64,000 nt of DNA from Neodothiora populina (Eukaryota): the NCBI RefSeq assembly GCF_041146345.1, contig NW_027191409.1:992001-1056000 (forward strand), given 5' to 3'. Made by a program: the position numbers and the translations under genes. The notes under the pieces were generated by a model that saw only the letters and a program-made list of their open reading frames with translations, made no database searches and was not told where the DNA came from. This document shows, piece after piece, positions 25,679 through 36,000 of the stretch. Positions within the stretch are counted from its first letter, which is position 1; every line of letters begins with the position of its first letter.

Positions 25679-26983
25679 ATGGGTCTTAACACAATTTTAC
25701 TAAAAGGTCTCTTCAATAGTGTTATGTATGGCGCCGAAAAGATTCCAGACAGCTGGTTCCACAAGATACCAGGCGGATATTATCGACCTAAAGAGGACAA
25801 AGACAAGGACAAGAAGAAGAAGAAGAAGAAAAAGAGTGGCAGACACTCCCATCGCCGCTCTGAGGCTGATCGCAACTACGATGATGAAGATGATTACTAT
25901 GTGTCCGATGATTACGAAGGTCGTCACGGTGGACGCAATCGCTTGGCAGACTACGAGGATGATGGATTCGAGGGCGACTATCATGGCGGACGCGCTCGGG
26001 GTAAAAGCGTAGACGCAGCGAGGACTTTTGATGAACCAAGATACCGCGGGCCTGCTCCCGCAGGACCTTCCAGGCGCGAAAAGCCATATGATCCCGCAGA
26101 CCTTGCCTCCGAGAGCGCCGTTGAGAGAGAGTACTACGACAGCCGGCCTTATGATCTAAGAGGCGACAGCACGAGACTCGTATCAGTTCGTTGATTATAT
26201 CAAAAGTGAAGAGCTCAATGCTGACCAATTCATAGCCCGTCGCCGCTGGCGTGGCAGCTGCTCACTACGTGGATTCGCAGCAACGACCAACCTCGTCGTA
26301 TTCTGGTCCTGCCCCCGGCTACGTCCCTTATGCAGACATATACGGCACGGAAAATCAGCAGCCACGTACCACTAAATTGCAGCGAGATGCAGAACGTCAT
26401 CCGCACAATTCAGAGTACGAACAGCCACGCTCAGCACATGATCCGTATTACCGTGCTCCGTACGTTTCGGACTATCGCTCCACTACCGACTCCCCTCAGT
26501 CTGTACACTCTGGCGAGCGTCGCCACCATCGTCAGCATCATGGAGACAGCTCTCGAAAGCGTCACAAGTCTCGCAACCGCTCGCGTGCACGATCCTCTGT
26601 GCGCGATCGCTTCGACACTTCCGACAAAGGTCTTGGCTATGGCACCATGGGTGCAGTTGCTGGCGGCCTGCTGGGTAATGAGGCAGGAAGGGGCGGTGTC
26701 ATCCCCACCGTTGCGGGCGCAGTGATTGGTGGACTAGGAGCCAATGCCTACGAAAATCGCGACAAGTAAGATTTTATGTTATGTGTAAGTCAGGGGCTAT
26801 TGCTGACGAATGTACCTTTACAGGCAGAAGAGAGGAAGTCGCCAGGGAAACAAGTACGATGATCGCTACGATGACCCCTATGAGGATGACAGCCATGCCA
26901 GTCGGCGCCGTAGTGGTCACCACGGTAGTCATCGCAGCAGTAGGCGCAGCCATCACGGCTACCATGGCTACTACTCTGATTGA
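25679..26983 (+). CDS. Hypothetical R/D/Y/H-rich protein with a C-terminal glycine-zipper hairpin
   Basis: Three exons (approx. 25679-26185, 26236-26765, 26824-26983) join in frame through GT-AG introns. Contains GLGYGTMGAVAGGLLG...TVAGAVIGGLGANA. Confidence 0.75.
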
Positions 26984-29201
26984 GGCACTGGCCAAGTACA
27001 GGCGTGATTGTTATCCCGGGGCTGTGTTCTTTGACCAGAAGATATTGCCGCTTGTATCACACGCCGGTTGACTTGCCATGCCTCATCAGCAGGGAAAAGC
27101 AAGACCATGGACCATGGACCATTACCACATCCTAGTGGAGTCCATTGAAGCCAATGCTGTCTAGCTGTTGGCTTTACGCCATTATTTTATTCTCCCATAT
27201 GAGGAGCTGGGTGAAGGGCCCATTATGATTGCTGTTATCTACAGGCTTGTCTGCCTTGGCTGACTTCCAGATACTGGACTGCCGAGATAACATGTGTGGA
27301 TTTCTATATGATGTTATGAGTATGACTTGAGATCTCATGGTTGTCCTATCACAACACATTGAGAGAATGATAAAGAATTCCAATTATTTCACGATCTAAA
27401 TGTCCGATCTTGACCGGTGTAGCTGTCTTTACTCCTCCTTGACCTATCGTACTCGGGTGCATGTTTGTGTACAGCCACGATGGCCTGCATATATGGACTG
27501 CGCACTTAACATACAATCGTAGAAATGACTGTATTCAAGACCTGTCCATGGTCTGGAAGGTATGCTAAGAGCCATATGTGCGTACGTCGCCTATAGGATT
27601 CGTCGAGACCTTTACAAGACCATGAAGGGTACGAGAGCATAGAAGCTGAAGCGAGAGGCCGCAGGACAATCTGTCACCAGCTTTCCGTTGACGGCGATCT
27701 CTCGCCTCACTACTCCGTCTCGCATACATGTACGTCGCATTGGGCTCGCGTGAGCTGCCTTTACTTATCTCGAGATCTCCGAGCACCGCGCTGTACTACG
27801 CCTTTGACTCATGGCGTGACGCCCACTCTATGTGCATCGGAAACCGTCTAGTTCCAGAATGCATGTAGCGTTGGAGAGCGTCTGATCAAAGGCAATGGAC
27901 AGCGGCATCAGACGGTTACATCTCCGACCTGACCGACACTTAATGCCAATTTTTAGGGCCGGCGTGGGCATTTAGCATAGTATTCTCGACTGCCGACTCG
28001 GATATGTCAGCCCAAAAATCAAAGAGCCAGCCAGCCAGCCAGCCGATTGCTCTGCTTTGCTCTGCTTTGCCCTCCCGTGACGACGGAAACGTCCCAGGCA
28101 AAAAAGCATCCTACCTTACGCATCGCTTGACGCGGGAGAGCGGCCGTGGAAGCGCCGCAGTGCACGTGCCCCAATGACGGAGTTTGTAGAGGAATTTCTC
28201 TTCGAGAATCAACTAATTCCATGTGAAGCGTACCCGTTGCACGGACTTGCAGAAGACTACTGATGGTTCGGCCTGAAAGTCAATCGCTTGTTGCTGCTGT
28301 TTTGTATAAATGCAACTTGGGAGATTTGTGGGTGAGCCGCAGCAGGTGTTTCACCCAATGTAGTGTGCTCTCGAAAAGAGCCGCTGATGATGTACAACAC
28401 TGACCAATGTTTGCAGATTCAGCTTGCACTGCAGATATGGAGAACGATAGTCGAAGAGTCGAAGAGGAAGACAATTGATAAAGATACTAGACTGTAATCG
28501 AGGTCAACACGTGGTTACGAGGGGTGATTTGATGCTAACAATCTATGGACTTGGCTAATAGGAGGGGATCCCACATTCCGTCACTGGCTGTTTTTGGGCC
28601 CCGCTCAAGCTCTCCCACGCCCCGGCCGCTCGAAGTCAAGAGAGAAGTTGTCAATGGTAGCAGAAGCACGATAACTCACGATACAAAATCGACTGTCATC
28701 TCTCCATCTTACCCAGGTCCACACCACCCACTAAAGCAGGTCCCGAGTCGCGTGTCACTTTTCTTTCACACTGTTCACTCTCCCGCCCTGGCTCACCATC
28801 GGCGCACGAGGTCTCTCCCAGCTCCTGCTCAGTCACGCCGCCCCTCATCGTCCTCCTCATCATCCCCAGGCGCTGAGCACCGAGACGACCCACCCTCCCA
28901 AAACTTCCTCCGCGAGCTCCACACTTTGTCCTCTGCTAGTGATTCCGCAATTCCCCATTTCGCCCACCCTGTTATCTACCTTGTAGTCCTCGTCCTCGCT
29001 CTCGTCTTGCATTTCATTCTTCCCTCGAGTCTTCCCTTTTCATACTTTCAATCCTCCTCCCACTCTACTACCCCTCCAGGTTCATATCTTTATAGTAACC
29101 ACTGTCCTCCTCATCCTGCAAATCCCTTCGTAGATTCTTACGTCTGTCCTCAATCCCCGATTCGCCAAACAAGCACATTATACAACACCTCACCGCGCGA
29201 C

Positions 29202-30879
29202 ATGGGTTTGGCAGAAGAGGCGAGCCGTGTGGCCAAGGAGTTCGAGTACACACCCGAAGATGTGAACAAGGCTACCAAGGAGTTCATCCGCCAGATGAGT
29301 AAGTCGTGATTTCGCAGGCAAGCATGAAGATCATCGCTGAAACGATGCTCCTTACAGACGAGGGTCTCCAGAAGTCCGGAACCAGCTTGAGCCAGATTCC
29401 CAGTTATGTGACTGCTGTGCCCAATGGCACCGAGAAGGTAAGAACTTCAATCAGCCTCACGGCGTAGCTTGATTTTTTATAAGAAACACCGAGCTGAGAT
29501 GCGACTAGGGTTTATACATGGCTGTCGATCTCGGTGGTACCAACTTCCGTGTCTGCTCCATCAACCTCCACGGCAACAGCACCTTTTCTCTCACCCAATC
29601 CAAGGTTCCCATCCCCAAAGAGCTTATGGTCGCCAAGACAGCCCAGGAGCTTTTTGCCTTCCTCGCCAAACAGATTGCTACTTTCCTCCAGAAGCACCAC
29701 GAAGAACACTACAACTCGACTGTTCGCAGAAAGTCTACTGTCAGCGGGCCTGATGGCTACCAAGACGAAGAGATCTTCAACCTTGGCTTCACCTTTTCTT
29801 TCCCTGTACACCAGGTTGGCATCAACAAGGGTACGCTGATCAGGTGGACCAAGGGCTTTGACATTCCGGATGCCATTGGCAAGGATGTCTGCGCTCTGCT
29901 TCAGACCGAGATTGACGCTCTTCACCTTCCCGTCAAGGTCGCAGCTGTCGTGAACGACACCGTCGGCACCTTGATGGCACGCTCATACACATCCCCCGGC
30001 AAGACTGGCACGCTACTGGGAGCCATCTTCGGCACCGGCACCAACGGCGCGTACGTCGAGAAGCTTTCCAAGGTTAAGAAGCTTGAGACAGAGAGCGACC
30101 TTGGCGAGTATGACACTACCACCGGAGACATGGTCATCAACTGCGAGTGGGGCTCCTTTGACAACCAGCTCTCCGTGCTCCCCAACACTTCATACGACAA
30201 GGAGGTGGACAAGGTGACGCCCAACGTGGGTGTGCACATGTTCGAGAAGCGCGTGTCTGGCATGTTCTTGGGAGAGATTCTCCGTCGTGCCCTTCTGCCT
30301 TTGATCCAAGACCCCAAGATTGGCCTCTTCTCCGATGCCGACAGTAGCACCAACGACGCACGCAGCACAGCCTACCTCTACCAAGACAGCCCTCTGTACA
30401 ACGTTTGGGGTCTCGACACCAGCTTCCTCAGTATCGCCCAGGAGGACACCAGCGTCGGCCTCAAGGTCATGCGCCAGACCCTCGAGCGCGACTACGGCGT
30501 GCACGCCCCCTCGGCCGAAGACGCCGAAGCCGTCAAGAAGATCGCAGCAGCAATCGGCCGACGCGCCGCCCGTCTGTCGGCGGTCGCAATCGCAGGTATC
30601 GTGCTCGGCACCGACAAGCTCAAGGCACCACAGGACATCGCCACCGCCGACGACGAGGTTGTCAACGAGGACGACATTGTCGACATCGGTGTCGACGGTT
30701 CGCTTGTCGAGTACTACCCCGGCTTCGAGGACACCATCCGCGAGGCCTTCCGCGAGATCGAGGGCATCGGCAAGCACGGCGAGAAGAGGATCAGAATCGG
30801 CATTGCCAAGGACGGCAGTGGTGTCGGCGCGGCTCTCATTGCTCTGGTCGCTGACAAGATCTCAAAGGCCAAGCAGTAG
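29202..30879 (+). CDS. GLK1: Glucokinase (hexokinase family, GlkA/Glk1 type)
   Basis: Exons 29202-29298, 29358-29437, 29509-30879. Motifs: AVDLGGTNFRV, LGFTFSFP, WTKGF, VNDTVGT, IFGTGTNGAY, NCEWGSFD, FEKRVSGMFLGE and DGSGVGAA. Confidence 0.95.
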
Positions 30880-31838
30880 ACGAGCAAGAAAAGAAAGAGT
30901 AAAGACGAATATAATGTGAAAGGAAAGCTTAGGATATGTCAAAAGAGATGTCACGAAAGAAATAAGAGGGAAAGAAATCATGCACATAATATATATCATA
31001 CCACAGGAAAGAGAAAGAGAAGCGAAAGAGAATCAAGGTCATTAGGGGCCGACACCATATGAAAGTCGCAACGTTTTTGCTTTTACTTTTTCAATGTCAT
31101 ATATCTCATGGAACCTTGGACACAAGTCACCCTTGGTCTGATTCTTCGTGTGTCAGCAGTCGATAAGAACGCGAGTATCTCGTCCATGGTTGTCGTTTCT
31201 CCTGCCCTCGTCTACTCCCCCTGCCAAGTCCATGCGACTCCAGCACAAGGGATTGGTTCTCTGGTAACGAGGTGATGTAGACTGTATATCCTCTTGAGCA
31301 GCTCTCTTACCCTGTGGCAAACTTCATCATGTCATTTGGTAGTCATTGTAAGGAAAGCATGTCATCGTGTCAAGTCGGTCGTCTTGTACCTGTTCCTACG
31401 AGGGGGGCCATGAACTGTCCAGCTTCCTCCTTGGTCCTCGGGTCGACTCTAATTACTCAGACTCGAGCTAACCTGCTGGTTAACGAGTCCTGGCGCTGCC
31501 TCGCGCTTTCGTTGCCCGCCTTGGCGCCGAAGCAAGTGCGTGATCGTTGCTAGGCTGTATCAGGGCTGAGTGACCGGGACTCTGGATCCTCGCTAGTGGT
31601 GAGCTAGACAGCGGAGTCAATCGTTTGTGCGCCGATCAGTATGACATGGCGCTCTCGTAGAGATTGTATTGCCCGGGCAGATGTCGCTGTCCATCGAGCT
31701 GTCATTCTCTCTCGCTCTGGCTCATTCTCTCTACCTCTTGTCTGCTCAGTGGCGGAAGTAGGCAGGCGGCGCGCTAAGTCTTCCCGAGACGAGTGGCCAG
31801 GTTTTGCTTCGTCTTTTGATTGTTTCCTTCCCTCTCTT

Positions 31839-32630
31839 TCAACTGCCCAGCAGATCCCCGACACTGACCTCCCTCCTGACGACGACAGCGCTAGAAGGTT
31901 CAAGGCGGCGATAGTACCCTTCTTCTGTACTCTGCTCTCTGAAGCCTCTTTTCGCGTACCAGGCCCTCCCTTCCTCGTTCGCCGTCCACACGTGAGCGCC
32001 TACAGAGCGGACACGGTGGTGTTTTATGGCATGGGAAGTCACCGAAGACAGCAGGTGTGTAGCGATGCCGTATGTGCGGTAGGCACTCAGGACGACGAGC
32101 GTGGAGATGTAGAGAAAGGGAGAAGATGATTCGCTGGTGAGGAGACGGCATCGAATACCCCCGACCACTCTGCCTGGCGAGGACGACGCAGAGTCCGGGT
32201 CGTCGGTCCACACGGCTAACAAGGTGATGGAGGCGACGATGGGGTCGGAGATGATCTCGTCGTAGAACTTGGCGGGATAAGGGATTTGCAGGAGCAGCGA
32301 GTTCAGGCGCTTGAAGTCTTGAAGGCGCGGTTTCGTGCAGGGAACCAGGGTCAGGTTAGGGATCAGTGGGCTCGGGGCGTATTTTTGGGTCAGGTTGGAG
32401 GTAGAAGACGAAGTGGACTTTGTGTTTCTGGATATGTCATGCTCCTCTTCCTTCTTGTGGCAGTCGCGTGCTTCCTCGGGCGGTGGTGTAGGTAGACCGT
32501 CCCATGCTGGTTTCCGTGGCGTTGACAACCTCGTCGTGTCTTCTTCTGGTTGAGACGAGGTAGGAGAGACGGATGGAGCCTGCTTGACGGAATCAGGCTT
32601 CTTCAGCCAAGTCAGAAGTGAAGATTGCAT
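31839..32630 (-). CDS. GNAT N-acetyltransferase, Naa50/Nat5-like
   Basis: ATG 32630. FKRLNSLLLQIPYPAKFY, LYISTLVVLSAYRTYGIAT (acetyl-CoA motif A) and AHVW...WYAKRGF...YYRRLEP. Confidence 0.82.
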   Translation of the reverse strand: MQSSLLTWLKKPDSVKQAPSVSPTSSQPEEDTTRLSTPRKPAWDGLPTPPPEEARDCHKKEEEHDISRNTKSTSSSTSNLTQKYAPSPLIPNLTLVPCTKPRLQDFKRLNSLLLQIPYPAKFYDEIISDPIVASITLLAVWTDDPDSASSSPGRVVGGIRCRLLTSESSSPFLYISTLVVLSAYRTYGIATHLLSSVTSHAIKHHRVRSVGAHVWTANEEGRAWYAKRGFREQSTEEGYYRRLEPSSAVVVRREVSVGDLLGS

Positions 32631-33054
32631 TTGCGAACACAATTATTCTGATACCGGCAATTATTCGTCCTCAATCAACACATGAACGGCAGGAACAACG
32701 ACGCGAAGGTTTTTGGCTTTCTGTCGATTCACTTGTCCACAAGTGACGTCGCCACGCGTTTCCCGCACCGCACAGAATCAATTAAGCCGAGGTGAGTTCA
32801 TCTAGCACATAGGGCTGCCAGGACGTTCATGCCAAGACATATCGGCATATCGGAGCCAAGCGGAGACTGGCAGTCTTGAGCCTCCGGTTGCGCCTGCGAA
32901 TGGAAGCTGCGATAGAGAGCGAATTGATGCATAGAGAGCTATAGAGAGGAATAGTGATATTGTCCAGTCTACTCCAACTCTCACTCACGCCCAATTGGAC
33001 CTCCTCTTCCTCCCTGTCCAGTCCCCTCTTCTTTCTCTCTACCACATTCACATC

Positions 33055-33803
33055 ATGGGTGCCGGAAACTCCAAGCCCGAGGGACAATATGTCTTTGCTG
33101 CGTAAGTCGACTCTCTTGCGTTGAGTCGAGGAGGATATGGTGCGCAAGTATAGGAAGATATACTGATCCTGTTCTTTGCAATCGTACAGCGACAGCCCCG
33201 TCTCCTTCTCTTCGCAAGTGGTTGAGAGCCTCCAGACCAGCCCAGAGGTACGCTAGACCACCACTCTCGTCACCCATTGCCCTTCCCTCGGCAGCAACCT
33301 CACTTCAGCCTTCCGAAGCGCAGAGACAGTAGTAGAGACACTAACCAAACCACCAACAGACCGACTCCGTCCGCGCGCGCAACCTCGAACTCCAGGTCCA
33401 AGCCCGCGTCGCCGAAGAATTGCAAAAGATCCGAGACACGGAAGCCGCGCGACTGACATCGTACACGGAGAGCCTGACACCCACCTCGGCCGACGAGGAC
33501 TCTTCAGAACAGCAGTCACTGGGATCCAGAATCGCCGACGCTGTGACTCCCTCGGCCTTCAAGGACTCGACCGCCTCGCACGGAAGCGTCAACAAGGAAG
33601 TCGCCGACCTGCGCGCCAAGCTCGAGCGCCGCAGACAACGTGACGATGCCACCGACAAGGGCGTCGAGGGCGCAAAGGACGAGCTGGTCAAGTGCTTGAG
33701 ACTCAAGGATCGCAGACCCCTGGATTGCTGGGAGGAGGTCGAAAAGTTCAAGGGTGAGGTCGCCAGGTTGGAACAGAAGTTTGTCGACAAGGCGCTCAGA
33801 TGA
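33055..33803 (+). CDS. MIC19: MICOS complex subunit Mic19 (Aim13)
   Basis: Exons 33055-33101, 33190-33247, 33360-33803. MGAGNS N-myristoylation motif, TDSVRARNLELQVQARVAEEL, and a C-terminal Cys pair CLRLKDRRPLDCWEEVEKFK. Confidence 0.87.
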
Positions 33804-34485
33804 GAGAGCCCGTTGGTTGAGCCAGGAGAAAGAAAAGAAAGAAGGCCATCACCACCTAGAACAGCACTTCACGCATCACACACAAACACTCCCACACGAT
33901 CCTGTACCTTTTTCTCCCTCCCCAACTAGCAGCATAGACAACGGGTGTAGAGCTACTTGGGGGGACTCGAGTGAAACCACCCTGTATCAAAAAAAGCACA
34001 ATTCACCAATCGTAATTGCAACATAAGCTCCAACTTCAGGTGACGTACACTGTCCGGCTCCTGCCCTTTCCTATAAACTATCGATTCACTGGACATATAT
34101 GCCGGAAAAGTACCTTGTTCAATACACACTTCATGTCACTTGTTTCCGATTTCGTTAGACTGAGGCAGGCGGAGCTGCTTTGCTTTTGGGCTTTCCCTTC
34201 TGTCTTTCGCCCTTTTCATATTGGTCTTATATCGTCAAAAGGAGGTCTCGTTGTTGACCTCACCACACGTCTTCTATTAATGAAACCATCTTCTCAGCTT
34301 CCGAAGAGAAAAGACAGAAGATCGAGTAAATGACAGTCTGACGGAAAAGAAAGATCAAGGCTCGGAGGTGGTGGAAACGAAGCAGAGGGATATGTTTTTG
34401 GTCTTGGAGGCAAACGACATGATATTTTCTTTGTTGCTTTGAGGGTTTTTTTAAGACACAAAAAAGAAGCAGCAGCAGACGTTTT

Positions 34486-35533
34486 TTACTCGACGTCGGC
34501 CTTGCCCTCGAAGTTCTCGCCCTCGACGAGCTCAGGGATGTCGTCGTCGTCCTCATCCTTCTTCTCCTCGCCCTCGGCGCCCTTTTGCATCGACTGGTAG
34601 GACTCGGCGAGCTTGCGCAGGGATGCGAGTGAGTCGGGTCCGAGCTGGTTCAGGATGCCGGGGACGAGCTCGGTGAGCTCCTTGTCCTCGCCGTTGCCGT
34701 AGATGGCGAAGGTGTTGCTGGGGACGGCGGCGTGCACTGCATTCATGTCAGTCATTTTCGCTCTGCTCTCATTCTTGTGGCCTCCAATATTTCCCCAATT
34801 GCCCGTTCTTGTCACCACTGCAGTCTTTCCAAATTCCTGCTGCTGCTATTCTTCCTATCCTCCCTCTTGCCCAGTTGATGACCTGGATTTTTGCTCCTCC
34901 GCTTGACTCTCCAATCCACCTCTTGTCGTTTGCAACAGAAGAAAAGAAAAAGGCGGGGTATTACTCACCCTTGGGAGCGGCGAAGTGGATGACGTTGCCG
35001 TCAGACTTGAACATGTTGACCTCCTCAATGGCCTGGATGGGCTGGACGTTCATCTTCTTGAGGGTGGTCTGGAGCTTCTTGTCGTCGACACCGGAGGTCT
35101 TGTGAACCTTCTTGACCACACGTCTCGGGGTACCCTTGCCACTGCGCGCAGAGAAAAACACCATAAATGTCAGCCTATAATCCCGAGTCTCGAGTCCTCT
35201 TTCTGTGTCCTCCATTTCATTCCCGCGGGTTTTCGTCCGTCGGCGCAGCGCCGCAAACTGTGTGACTCCACATCCATGGCTTCCTGGCGAATCTTGCGAA
35301 TATTTACAGAGCCGATGGTTTCGCAGCTTCCAAAGCTTTGTGTGTGTGGGAATTTTGGGAGTTCGTTTTTTGCTTACCCTACAATCTCGTGATTAGCTCC
35401 AAGTCATGCGTTATGGCACTCGTTCGGTTGCGAATTTTCCGCAGCGCCGAATCGAAATGACACGGATTTTATTGCACATACCGGTACGCTGAGCGGCCGC
35501 AGCCTGCATGCGTTGGAGCTTTTCCATATCCAT
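34486..35533 (-). CDS. EGD1: Nascent polypeptide-associated complex beta subunit (BTF3)
   Basis: Exons 35533-35482, 35378 (1 nt), 35141-34969, 34736-34486. Product [32 protein letters not shown]...[11 protein letters not shown]...IEEVNMFK...[22 protein letters not shown]...[14 protein letters not shown]...DDIPELV. Confidence 0.95.
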
Positions 35534-36000
35534 CTTTGCTGAGTTTAGGAGGAGGAGCGGGGTTAACTGGGCGGCGCAAGCGAGTCAGAAATTGCTGTGA
35601 TACGGGTGGTTTGTCTGGGACGGCAGTTTTATACACACAAGTTAAACCGAGAAGAGAGCTTGAGATGTGGTGGTTGGATCTTCTGGATTGCCTACTACAC
35701 AGCACAGCAGAGACTGAGATTCAATTGCTGGCGTCGCTGCCGACTCTCGCTCAGTTCTCTGCTGCTGTCCGCAGCGTGCACGGGCAATTGTTCGCCGATT
35801 GTGGGCTCGCTAAGCCGCTGCTTAAAATCCTACGTCACGAGCTTCTGCTGTGCTCTGCAGCAACAATAATACACATGCATTTCACCATGATTATACTATC
35901 TTATTGTACCTTGCGCATAGATCAAGTGAAGATGTCACTTATAATCTGATCCTTGTGAAACATGGAAAGCTAGTCGAAGGAGCAAGACGTCTCGCGTCGC

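Noticed and set aside
30877..30960. Possible stop-codon readthrough giving a cryptic PTS1 on glucokinase (also checked for AGX1 and the AIF-like gene)
   Set aside because: There is no TGA-CTA context and no SKL-like ending in the near downstream frame.
34737..35377. Unusually long EGD1 introns (about 230 nt) as possible snoRNA hosts
   Set aside because: I found no C box (RTGATGA) and D box pair or clear H/ACA structure; an Infernal scan would settle it.
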